Positions 56,501 through 64,000 of a stretch of DNA of 64,000 nucleotides are shown here, piece by piece. Each line of letters opens with the position of its first letter. The stretch's first letter is position 1. The notes under the pieces are model-generated. The model saw only the letters and a program-made list of their open reading frames with translations. It was not told the DNA's origin and did not search any database. Both the position numbers and the translations under genes were made by a program. Origin of the DNA: a virus; the IMG/VR virus record IMGVR_UViG_3300032516_000007, positions 51,042-115,041 of that record, one strand, 5' to 3'.

Positions 56501-56734
56501 TACAACTCTACTCTGACAGGGCCAGCACGTTTGGTCTTTCAAACCAGTCTCAAATTTGAAAGATCTCATGTGAAGGGTGAGTCCGTCATGCTGAGTGAAG
56601 TCACAAGCATCCCCACAGCAAGGGGTACGGACTATGCTTTTTATCTTCCATCTACTTGGGCTGATCGGCTAAAGTACCTCTTTGATCGAGGTCGAGCTGC
56701 TGGGGTCCAGGTAGTTGTGATCAACGAAAAGTGA
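53522..56734 (+). CDS. baseplate wedge/tail fibre attachment protein with repeated beta domains
   Basis: FFLDRA...YLSN N-terminus, RAAGVQV C-terminus; repeated FP.SG...EEV..Y...H..G units. Confidence 0.65.
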   Translation: MADIKSSIREVRDQFFLDRAVSKYLSNVTSNLSFERPVLWFSDDSLWRAVIRRISLDYRQIANLFYDLLTEIFGPQKTVATVLISDAVILDEVVSIAPYQQQHRHAIPVTFKTLPQRGILIIDEGLATEETVQYSFRDPRTGVINLLAELTQAHTAVGTNASGYVLSDVPSALGTTTIPLTHTNDFPTSGFPYPILIAPGTSQEEVTLLTGNDPVTSVLTVASLANDQYGMRETPTTSKLVSITGSDAHVIKIQDSNQFPEEGWIKVQQDVTGGLPSEVVEVIDNDVATGTLTLRTKLVGSYTLGSVTVSVLEPRTSVQLAQVQVKGIGWDVFQTEQNVLKLYIPLNLSRNRLQDVSFLHDLALLPPPTTTLASSVSIGDVTLEAAVGSTERFPKSGIMIINSGGGSEEKVSYTRVDAQSSTKLYATDIGGTIPVGTTELFVEDITPIEAFDKINKDKKLVLSRDQGSPNEEVVYYESLDGENNKITLTIATLQTHLPGSLVTPISGDIFYLTTPAVNAHSIGESLSLQQMIYAGTGTQATGKITVPAGVDMSDGDFFTLPNGINKPFTFEFDNDATLGYVGRIPVTFVGTETANQIRDLIIAAVNGTLIDITASIGGPAWVALTHDYKGKIGNRPIKWSVNSPNFTALGMSDGTDPLWDGKIFTPVDHLFQGHFLYSPGSQAPNTVRTTLESNVAGPQLLEVTQHVTRTTLEVATANFFDATGEFSVTVRGGGNSETLDVQGITLRGAGPVTVTSNTPSGSYVIPLTGAGLLPAPPAGAPYGYRIIIHRNGVRQEVVVVVSIAGGSCTLESPTTVNHLTGDSVELMADVIKLSQPLTYDHDGRIPWSSRLNVTPGPLTSVKRVSLVYEERKWIEVASLTGFPPLGSKIILNFGNDKLPIESGFQTDLSAGSGILILDDTSKFPTSGYPYLVEIDSDAGSIASFWKKRNVRETIDVTLNDPLTNTMTLATPLKESHLTGSLVRYKPGPMVVFPYNSTLTGPARLVFQTSLKFERSHVKGESVMLSEVTSIPTARGTDYAFYLPSTWADRLKYLFDRGRAAGVQVVVINEK

Positions 56735-56743
56735 GGAGCAGTC

Positions 56744-59700
56744 ATGCCGAATTCCGTTCAGATCCAAGCGAGTGAGCGTGTTGATGTTGTTGATCTCAAG
56801 GCATTGACTGAGTACCCTCGTGAACTGACCAAGCTCGTCACAGAGCAAGTTGTTCTGGACCGTCAGTCCAGAATTCTGCGTGGGTTCCGTGTGCAGCTCA
56901 CAGATCAGGATTACACACCTGGACGAATTGTGGTCCACAGTGGCTCAGCCCTTGATCGAGATGGGCAGATTCTCATCAATGAAACCCAATCGAATGCTAC
57001 TCGAACCATCACGCTGGAAGGAGCTACCACCACCTTCTACGTGGAGCTGGAATTCGTTGAGAGCGATGCAGAGGTGGATTCTCGGGCCTTCTGGGATTCT
57101 ACGGTAGATCAGGGATTGGATATCCCCTCTGGGGATGAGCTTCCTGACGGGCAGGAGTTCAACAACAATATCGCAACTAGGAAAACTTCGGACTGGAGAA
57201 TTGTTCAGCCGATCTCTACGACTAGTTTCGAAAGGGACCTTGATCCTAGCTCCACCAAAGTTCCTCTTATCAAGCTCATCACTGATGTTTCCAACAAGAT
57301 CACTGCCGGGGCAAACCCAGATTTGACTACGGAGAAAGCTGCCACCACTCTTCTGGAGCAAATCTCTGCCAATAAGATCAGAGTCCAGAACTCTAGCTAC
57401 ATGCCTCTGGTTGGAAATAGCATCAAGGTGAGTGAAGGAGAGGCAGTTGAGGAGACTGTCACCATTGGTAGTGTAGATCGTAAGTCTGGTGTGATTGGAG
57501 TTTCCATTCTATCCAACACCCACACTCCAGGAGCTATTGTTCGGGCAGCTACTTTCACAGATCCAGACTTCATCACAGAAGCTGATTACGGAAGGTATCA
57601 TCGTCCAGAAGTGATTGCTGGATCTGGAAACGTTATTGACTACCGGGATCGAGTTTTTCAGGGTGATGAGATTCATGGTGGCATTCTATCTCATGGTCAT
57701 GGTTCCATAGATCAGAGATCAAGTACCAATCTTCAGTCTCTCCAGGACTACGTAGATTTCCTGGCAGCACAAATCCAAGAGATGAAGTGGGGAGTCACTG
57801 ATCCTTACATTTCTGATGTGTCCACTAGTCGTGTGCCCCCAGGAGTGGGATCTACTCTGCCCACAACCCCAAGGCACTTTGATCGAGCTGGGAGTCTCCT
57901 GGCGGGCAGAGTGGCTACCATAACAGTGGGGGATGGGGTCAGTTCTTTTGGAGATCTGAATGGGATAACAGAAGTTGCCCTTCAGGCGGCTCATGATGCT
58001 CTCCCTGGATCGGGGCGTATTTTCCTGAAGCGAGGTTCCTATAAGCTCACAGCGGATTTGATGTGGACCAATACCGCTGACGTGGTTCTAGAAGGAGAGA
58101 GTGGAACGATAATTGAGTTGGAAGGGGGATCAATTCATATCACTACCACGGGGTCAGTGACCCTCAAGAATTTGACAATCAGAGAGGGAACGTCCACCCC
58201 TTCCAACATTGGTATTCTTGTGGACACATCGAACCCTATTGGGTTCCATATGGACAATGTTCTAATGTATGATGCAGCGTTTAGGTTGAACGCTGTTCTT
58301 CCTTCTACATCTTCCTTTTTCCGAGTTAATTTCTGGGGTATCACTGCGAGTATGGCGGCAATCCCATTGTTTGCTATTACAGGAACCGCGGGAACTATTG
58401 CTGGAACTTTTCGAGAGTGTGATTTCCTACATTTGTCGATGGTATCTCTTTCATGTTCTTTGATTGATTGTGTTAATGGTGCTCCAACTGCGGCCATGCT
58501 TGTGGCCAATTTTGTTGATTGTAGTTTCACCAGTGTTGGGATTAACTTCGAGAGTGTTCATTTGGGAGCTACTTCCAATGTAGTAAGTTTTGATAGGTGC
58601 ATATTTACATCATTCTCAACACTATGTCATGTTAGAGCCACAGGTGGAAGCAACATCAAGTTTATTAACTGTGTTGGCACTGATGCCAATGCTCAGTTTT
58701 TCCAGGGTATAGGTATAAATCATGTAGTGGTTGATGGTTATGTGAATAATAACATAGTATATTGGCCTGCGGTTGAGTTGTCTAATTGCAACTTTGGGAA
58801 GATCGTTAATTGCGATGTGATGATTGGGGCAGTTACATCCCTAACAGGATCAGCTTTCAGGTTGACCTTTACAGCAGTAGATGAATTCTCTGACTTCTTG
58901 ATCAGTGGCAATACCGTCACTGGTGATGTGCTTTTGGGATTTGGTAAGCCTACTGGAGTCATTTTTGACATCAATGGGGCTACACATTGCAGCGAAGTTC
59001 GAATCACTGACAATGTGTTTAATGCCTGTGAGACAGATATCTACTTTGCCAATTCAGGTTCGGCAGCTACGTATCGGGACATGGTGATCAAGGGTAATAA
59101 TTGCTTTGATCATGTTTCAGGTGGACTTTCTGTACACAAAATTGGAGTGTATTTTGGTCCAACCTCTACTCGGGATAACGTCATAATTAGCAATAATGTG
59201 TTTGCTGATATGCGCCCAGGAAGCACCGCTGTGATCACAGCAGGTGTTACTCGAGCGGCTGTGTGGGTGGCAGGGTCCAACAACACCAATTTCAAGATCT
59301 CTGAAAACGAGATCAAGAATCTTGGTGACAGTAGCTTCACCCTTGCTAACACATGTGGTATTTTTGTTCAGCGTGGATATCGATTCACGATCTCTGGAAA
59401 TCAGATTTATTGGGTAATAGGATCGGCTGCATTTGGCATCAGAATTAGTGATCAGTTAAATCAGTCTTCTATTGTTGGTAACACAATAAATGACATTAGT
59501 ACTGAACCAGGTGGTGGTTCTCTCCAGGAAGATTGCTATGGAATTTATGCAAAACATCTCACAGATGTTGGCATAAATGGCAATCAATTTACCAATATTC
59601 GCACAAATAGTGGCACCGGAAAGTGTGCAGCTATAGGGTGTCATGAGGCTACTTCTGCTTGGGTAAATGTCACAATTACAGGAAACAATTTTGTTCCATC

Positions 59701-60319
59701 TAATGCTTTGACATCTTTCTTCTACCATGCTGGACTAATACTAAGAAGATCTTGTGTTACTGGTAACACTTCTTCTGGTCAAAGTTATACCTTTTTCTTT
59801 TGTCAACTAGTTGCGGGAGGTACTTTTGACAACAATGCCATTACTGGAAATTCAGCATATGGTATGGAGCTTAGTGGTATTCTTGTAAACTGTGTTTCGG
59901 CTACTACACACTTAAATCTCGTAATTTCTGGTAATACATTGAACAATGTTAGTGGGGATAACATTGATGTGTCTGAGGTGGACAATGTTTCTGTTACTGG
60001 TAATGTTCTATGGGTTAATGCCGTTGCCTACACGAATATATATATGATTCATTGTTTGTATGCTATTTGCAGCAATAATGTTTGCCATGCAGCAGATCAT
60101 GCCAGTACGAAAAACATCCATATGTCCACTAATTGCAGATACTACAACATTACTGGTAATATATGTGATCTTGGTGGGGGGACTGCTGGAGTGACTATTG
60201 ATACTATTTCTTCTGCCGTAGTAGCCAGTGGGGAAGGAAGAATTCAGTACAATCTAGTTGACGATGCTATCTTCCCTAATGCTAGTGATGACATCATTGG
60301 AAATACACCCGCGTACTAA
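56744..60319 (+). CDS. tail spike/fibre with parallel beta-helix
   Basis: ITVGDGVSSFGDLNG..ALQAAHDALPGSGRIFLKRGSY then many I(S/T)GN repeats. Confidence 0.8.
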   Translation: MPNSVQIQASERVDVVDLKALTEYPRELTKLVTEQVVLDRQSRILRGFRVQLTDQDYTPGRIVVHSGSALDRDGQILINETQSNATRTITLEGATTTFYVELEFVESDAEVDSRAFWDSTVDQGLDIPSGDELPDGQEFNNNIATRKTSDWRIVQPISTTSFERDLDPSSTKVPLIKLITDVSNKITAGANPDLTTEKAATTLLEQISANKIRVQNSSYMPLVGNSIKVSEGEAVEETVTIGSVDRKSGVIGVSILSNTHTPGAIVRAATFTDPDFITEADYGRYHRPEVIAGSGNVIDYRDRVFQGDEIHGGILSHGHGSIDQRSSTNLQSLQDYVDFLAAQIQEMKWGVTDPYISDVSTSRVPPGVGSTLPTTPRHFDRAGSLLAGRVATITVGDGVSSFGDLNGITEVALQAAHDALPGSGRIFLKRGSYKLTADLMWTNTADVVLEGESGTIIELEGGSIHITTTGSVTLKNLTIREGTSTPSNIGILVDTSNPIGFHMDNVLMYDAAFRLNAVLPSTSSFFRVNFWGITASMAAIPLFAITGTAGTIAGTFRECDFLHLSMVSLSCSLIDCVNGAPTAAMLVANFVDCSFTSVGINFESVHLGATSNVVSFDRCIFTSFSTLCHVRATGGSNIKFINCVGTDANAQFFQGIGINHVVVDGYVNNNIVYWPAVELSNCNFGKIVNCDVMIGAVTSLTGSAFRLTFTAVDEFSDFLISGNTVTGDVLLGFGKPTGVIFDINGATHCSEVRITDNVFNACETDIYFANSGSAATYRDMVIKGNNCFDHVSGGLSVHKIGVYFGPTSTRDNVIISNNVFADMRPGSTAVITAGVTRAAVWVAGSNNTNFKISENEIKNLGDSSFTLANTCGIFVQRGYRFTISGNQIYWVIGSAAFGIRISDQLNQSSIVGNTINDISTEPGGGSLQEDCYGIYAKHLTDVGINGNQFTNIRTNSGTGKCAAIGCHEATSAWVNVTITGNNFVPSNALTSFFYHAGLILRRSCVTGNTSSGQSYTFFFCQLVAGGTFDNNAITGNSAYGMELSGILVNCVSATTHLNLVISGNTLNNVSGDNIDVSEVDNVSVTGNVLWVNAVAYTNIYMIHCLYAICSNNVCHAADHASTKNIHMSTNCRYYNITGNICDLGGGTAGVTIDTISSAVVASGEGRIQYNLVDDAIFPNASDDIIGNTPAY

Positions 60320-60328
60320 GGAGATATC

Positions 60329-60499
60329 ATGTTCACCTTTCCACCAAAGGTTCCTGATAGACTAAAGAACAAGATTACTGTGGAGGTAGTGGATGAGAAT
60401 ACCATCAAGGTAAAACTCAAAGATGGAACGGTTCTTCAAACCGTAACCAAAGCAGAGTACGAAGCTGCTTTCAAGTACCCAACTAAAAGCCAAGGATAG
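60329..60499 (+). CDS. small hypothetical protein (56 aa)
   Basis: AAGGAG RBS; MFTFPPKVPDRLK...; below the track cut-off. Confidence 0.55.
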   Translation: MFTFPPKVPDRLKNKITVEVVDENTIKVKLKDGTVLQTVTKAEYEAAFKYPTKSQG

Positions 60500-60511
60500 A
60501 GGAGAAATCCC

Positions 60512-61099
60512 ATGTTGAAGCACATCAAGCGTTCGTTGCTGGTCCTTGCCCTTCTGGCACCATTGACGGTGGCCATCCCTCAGCAGGCTTTCTCTGCTGA
60601 TGGGGCCTCTGCTGCCAAGGTGGCTGAGAAAGCTGCCCCCAAGGTTGCAGTGGCTACTCCAGCCTCACAGCCTGTGGTTGCCCCCACAGGGGCCTCCACG
60701 GCTGTTGTTCCGAAGACTCTTGAACCAACCCAGCTCGAGGCAAAGTGGTGGCAGTTGCTTCTCAAGCATCTCCTTGAGTTGGTCTTTGTCATTCTGGGCA
60801 TCCTGGCCACAGGTTTCGTGACGGTGCTGATGAAGAAGTATGGCTTCGAGAGCCAGACTGCCCAGGTGAATGATGTTCTAGAACGGGCTCGGGGGTACGC
60901 TGAGCAGCTCTCAATCAAGAAGCTCAAGTTGGATGGGAAGCCTGTTGAACCGGCTCAGAAGATGGAACTAGCCATTCAGTTTGCCCAGAAGCTTGCTGAA
61001 GAGTACAAACTTGGAGACAAGGGCAAGGTGTGGTGGGAGGGGAAGATCGAGAGCTGGATGGGGATGGAGAAGAAGAACGGAACGACTCCTCCAGTCTAG
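60512..61099 (+). CDS. membrane protein, LL-H holin-like with N-terminal signal peptide
   Basis: Signal peptide, A/P linker, transmembrane helix, RARGYAEQ..QKMELAIQF. Confidence 0.5.
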   Translation: MLKHIKRSLLVLALLAPLTVAIPQQAFSADGASAAKVAEKAAPKVAVATPASQPVVAPTGASTAVVPKTLEPTQLEAKWWQLLLKHLLELVFVILGILATGFVTVLMKKYGFESQTAQVNDVLERARGYAEQLSIKKLKLDGKPVEPAQKMELAIQFAQKLAEEYKLGDKGKVWWEGKIESWMGMEKKNGTTPPV

Positions 61100-61131
61100 G
61101 CTGGATTCTAGAATCAGATCGAAGGTGAACC

Positions 61132-62355
61132 ATGGCACAGGATTGGCGATTCCAGAACGGGCTCTATCTCGAAAGCCCCAACGAGACCCTCGGCAACGCG
61201 GCGGTCTGCCGATGGCTGTACGAGTTCGCGACCCAGATCTGCGGCTGGACAGCCTACGACAACAACGACGCCAAATGGACGGCGGTCAACGGTTCTGGAG
61301 TCAGCGGTGCTTCTGTCGTGGGCTTCGTTGATCGCTTCGAGGTGACGGGCGATGCCTACAACTTCGTCCATGCCACCGATGCAGGCCGCTACCTCACGAT
61401 CACAGGGATGACAGGAGCCAACCGCTTTCGAAATGGCATCTACAGAATCCTGTCCGTGATCTCGAGCAAGGTGGTGGTGCTGGACATCAAGCGGGGTGTG
61501 CATGAGGAGGGCATCCCGCTCGCGCAGTCTGGCCTCACCTGGCGGCTGTGGACGGGCATCGTCGCTGGAGTCACGTTGCCCGATGCGAGCACCTGGGCGG
61601 TCATGCGGGGCGCCTACCGGGTGGCCGCAGGAAACTTCGATATCCTGCTCACGGCAGGTCTAGCCGGATACCTGGATCCGAAGTTCACGCTCTCCCCCTA
61701 TGCGACATGGGACGCGGGCGCCAACGCCTGGGCTGCGGCTCCTCCAGGTCCCACTACGCAATCGGTCACGGCAACCGTGGGCTACACCCAGAAGATCAGT
61801 CGGGTGTGGGCGGTGGGTGATCAGAACGTGATCATGGTGAGCTGGATCCCAACGAACCCAGGCTATGGTCAGTTTGTCCACCATTTCTACCTGGGGGAGA
61901 TCACGCCAAACTATCCGTTGGTGGATCCGAAGCCGAGCATCATCGCCTACGGTGGTTCGAACAACATTGACGCCGTGATCGGAGCTGGCGCCACGGGGCA
62001 GGTTGGCGGATCACTGTGGACGCTTGGCGGTGGACGGATGCTGGCCGCAGATCAACTGACCTCGCTTCCGGTCTACCTCTCGATCCCGACGTGCCTGGCA
62101 ACCGACGGAACAAACCGCCTCGCAGGGCTGCTCAATCGATGGAGCGCACGAACCAAGAAGTTCTATCGACACGAGGTGACGGCCCTGTCGATCGCAGCAA
62201 GCAACAATGAGTGGCGAGGGAGGTTGATCGGCTTGCAGGCGTGCGGAGCCGCGAACGTGCGGGCGATGCCGTTTGGCGCCTCGCTCGAGTACCTGCACAC
62301 GTTCGGAGGCATCGTGTTCCCGTGGAACGGATCCAAGTCCCACGTCCAGATCTGA
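61132..62355 (+). CDS. tail fibre/virion protein
   Basis: DAGRYLTITG...NGIYRILSV...VVLD domain; GC-rich. Confidence 0.55.
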   Translation: MAQDWRFQNGLYLESPNETLGNAAVCRWLYEFATQICGWTAYDNNDAKWTAVNGSGVSGASVVGFVDRFEVTGDAYNFVHATDAGRYLTITGMTGANRFRNGIYRILSVISSKVVVLDIKRGVHEEGIPLAQSGLTWRLWTGIVAGVTLPDASTWAVMRGAYRVAAGNFDILLTAGLAGYLDPKFTLSPYATWDAGANAWAAAPPGPTTQSVTATVGYTQKISRVWAVGDQNVIMVSWIPTNPGYGQFVHHFYLGEITPNYPLVDPKPSIIAYGGSNNIDAVIGAGATGQVGGSLWTLGGGRMLAADQLTSLPVYLSIPTCLATDGTNRLAGLLNRWSARTKKFYRHEVTALSIAASNNEWRGRLIGLQACGAANVRAMPFGASLEYLHTFGGIVFPWNGSKSHVQI

Positions 62356-62367
62356 AAGAGGTGGAGC

Positions 62368-63798
62368 ATGGCTAACGTTTGGACTCGCGAGTTGAAGCTG
62401 ATATCGGCCACGACCGGCCAACACGGCGTGACGACCACTGGACTCAAGCTCCTCTATCTGTTTCTCGAAAAGATTCTGGGCTACACGTTCGGCGGTGAGT
62501 TGTCGCAGGCGCCGTCCGGATCAGGGGGCTGGATTGCCTTCACCGGGCCGAGCACCTGCATCCTATCCGGTGTAGCTGGTTTACCGAACGCTCCCGACAA
62601 CCCCTGCGGGAGGATGATCAATATCTCTGGCAACATCATACCCGGCAACAACGGCACATTCCGAATCCTCTCGTCGGCCGGCACCCAGGTCATCTACACA
62701 AATCCGTCGGGTGCCGGTGGTGCCCACGCTGGCGGATGGTCGATTTCCGCAGCCAGCTTTCGGACCACCGAGTTCTCCGGAGCGAACGGCGCGCTCAGCA
62801 ACGCCAACAAGAACTTTGTCGATTCCACGTTCGGAGCGTTCGATGCCGGATACGCCGGGAAGAACATCGTCATCGCCAGCACCACGGGATGGAACGGAGG
62901 GGTGTTCAAGATTCTTAGCTTTGTGGACGCCAACACGGTCACGATCGACACACGAACGGCTGTTGGAGAATTTCCCACAACGCAGACGGGGCTCTCGTGG
63001 TGGGTGCTAGCGGATGAATACGATCGACCGAACATCAGCGGTGACTGGGTTCGCGCGCAAAGTCCCGCCGGATGGGGGATCGAGCTGAAGCTGAATACCG
63101 TAAACTACTACTCCGTGTGGGAGGTGAGCATCAGCCCAAACAACGTTTGGTCAGGGCCTACGGCCAAGGTGATCGGTCCCGTGTGGTTCGGGCACGGAGG
63201 GTTCAACTACTGGGAGACTGTGCCCACGAATTGGAACCTCTACTTCCTCGGCAACACCGAGGGAACGTTCCTCCACATGTGGATTGAGAACGCGAACGGG
63301 GGCAACTGGATCGTTTCGATCGGATCGATCGTGCCGGTTGAGGCTGTCCATTCGGCCGATGAATTGATACTGCTGACCGGCCCGATAATGACCTTTGGTG
63401 CCAACGACAACAGCAAGGCAAGCGTTTGGGCGACCCGAGATACCAATACCTACGGGTGTCTCGGGAACGGGTTCGTGTGGACCGAACCAAAGCGGATCAA
63501 GCGCCAGGTGTGGGCGATGGAAAACGGCTATGCGGGCGTCGGTTCTGGCTTCAGCAAGAAGGGCGGCGAGATCAATCAACGCACGGGCAAGAACGATCTC
63601 ATGATCGGAACGCTCTACATGCTGGATTGGGGCAACACCGCTGAGGAGTATGAGTACCTTGGGTTCGTCAACCACCATCTCTCGGGCCGTTCCAACCTCG
63701 CCCGGCGCTCGGCCATGGACGTGGACTCGAACAAGGACAAGTACCACATTTCGGACGGCATCGTGGTCGAGTGGCCGGGCGTCACGCCGCAATTCTAG
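62368..63798 (+). CDS. tail fibre/virion protein, paralogue of the previous gene
   Basis: Two NNGTFRIL / NGGVFKIL domains; similar C-terminus (GIV..W.G). Confidence 0.55.
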   Translation: MANVWTRELKLISATTGQHGVTTTGLKLLYLFLEKILGYTFGGELSQAPSGSGGWIAFTGPSTCILSGVAGLPNAPDNPCGRMINISGNIIPGNNGTFRILSSAGTQVIYTNPSGAGGAHAGGWSISAASFRTTEFSGANGALSNANKNFVDSTFGAFDAGYAGKNIVIASTTGWNGGVFKILSFVDANTVTIDTRTAVGEFPTTQTGLSWWVLADEYDRPNISGDWVRAQSPAGWGIELKLNTVNYYSVWEVSISPNNVWSGPTAKVIGPVWFGHGGFNYWETVPTNWNLYFLGNTEGTFLHMWIENANGGNWIVSIGSIVPVEAVHSADELILLTGPIMTFGANDNSKASVWATRDTNTYGCLGNGFVWTEPKRIKRQVWAMENGYAGVGSGFSKKGGEINQRTGKNDLMIGTLYMLDWGNTAEEYEYLGFVNHHLSGRSNLARRSAMDVDSNKDKYHISDGIVVEWPGVTPQF

Positions 63799-64000
63799 AT
63801 GCTATCGCCAAGCAAATTCCTGACGGTAAGCGCGGCCGATAGACGACTCTATCAGAGATCTCCGGGCGATGCGGCCTGGTCGCTGTTCCTTGTTCAGCCT
63901 CCATATACCCCCGGTAGCGACCAAAGCCCAATATGCTGCGGACTGCCAAACGGTTCGATCATTGTTTGCGATGCGAGTGGTGGCCGGTTCCTGCACTGGG
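63799..64000 (+). CDS. 5' end of a hypothetical protein (truncated)
   Basis: ATG directly after TAG; frame open to the window end. Confidence 0.5.
   Translation, partial: MLSPSKFLTVSAADRRLYQRSPGDAAWSLFLVQPPYTPGSDQSPICCGLPNGSIIVCDASGGRFLHW

Noticed and set aside
36960-56734. Extracellular contractile injection system or tailocin
   Set aside because: Capsid, scaffold, protease, MuF and neck genes are present, so this is a phage virion module.
1-64000. Numerous minus-strand and nested alternative-frame ORFs in the track
   Set aside because: They shadow well-supported + strand genes with RBSs and coupled stops/starts, and show no recognisable motifs.
1-64000. tRNA, rRNA, inteins, integrase, terminase or portal genes
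   Set aside because: None recognised by eye; terminase and portal probably lie upstream of the window.

Overview
The window is the head, neck, tail and baseplate region of a large contractile-tailed dsDNA phage. All credible genes are on the + strand, the genetic code is standard, and the structural proteins resemble those of SPO1/Twort/A511 (Herelleviridae). 1-18.8 kb is a long cassette upstream of the prohead protease. It encodes MuF and polyvalent effector proteins: DUF5661, an R-S-E ADP-ribosyltransferase, two GNAT paralogues, a sigma-like + topoisomerase IB + InPase fusion, a SAM-lyase-like protein and a 1.9 kaa SF2/SNF2 helicase. Many domain boundaries in these proteins carry a hydrophobic-x-K|[A/G/S] motif that also occurs 13 times in the scaffold and at the capsid maturation site, suggesting virion-packaged polyproteins cut by the prohead protease. 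Downstream come the protease, scaffold, major capsid protein, decoration/fibre genes, an MshEN-like protein, neck genes and the sheath. The tail tube gene is split by a group I intron carrying a LAGLIDADG endonuclease. It is followed by an overlapping tail chaperone pair, tape measure, baseplate and tail fibre/spike genes. The palindrome TTCTAGAA occurs at least 17 times and lies in the spacer of all four promoter-like sites, two of which are followed by terminator-like hairpins. All family assignments come from motif recognition by eye; no searches were run.
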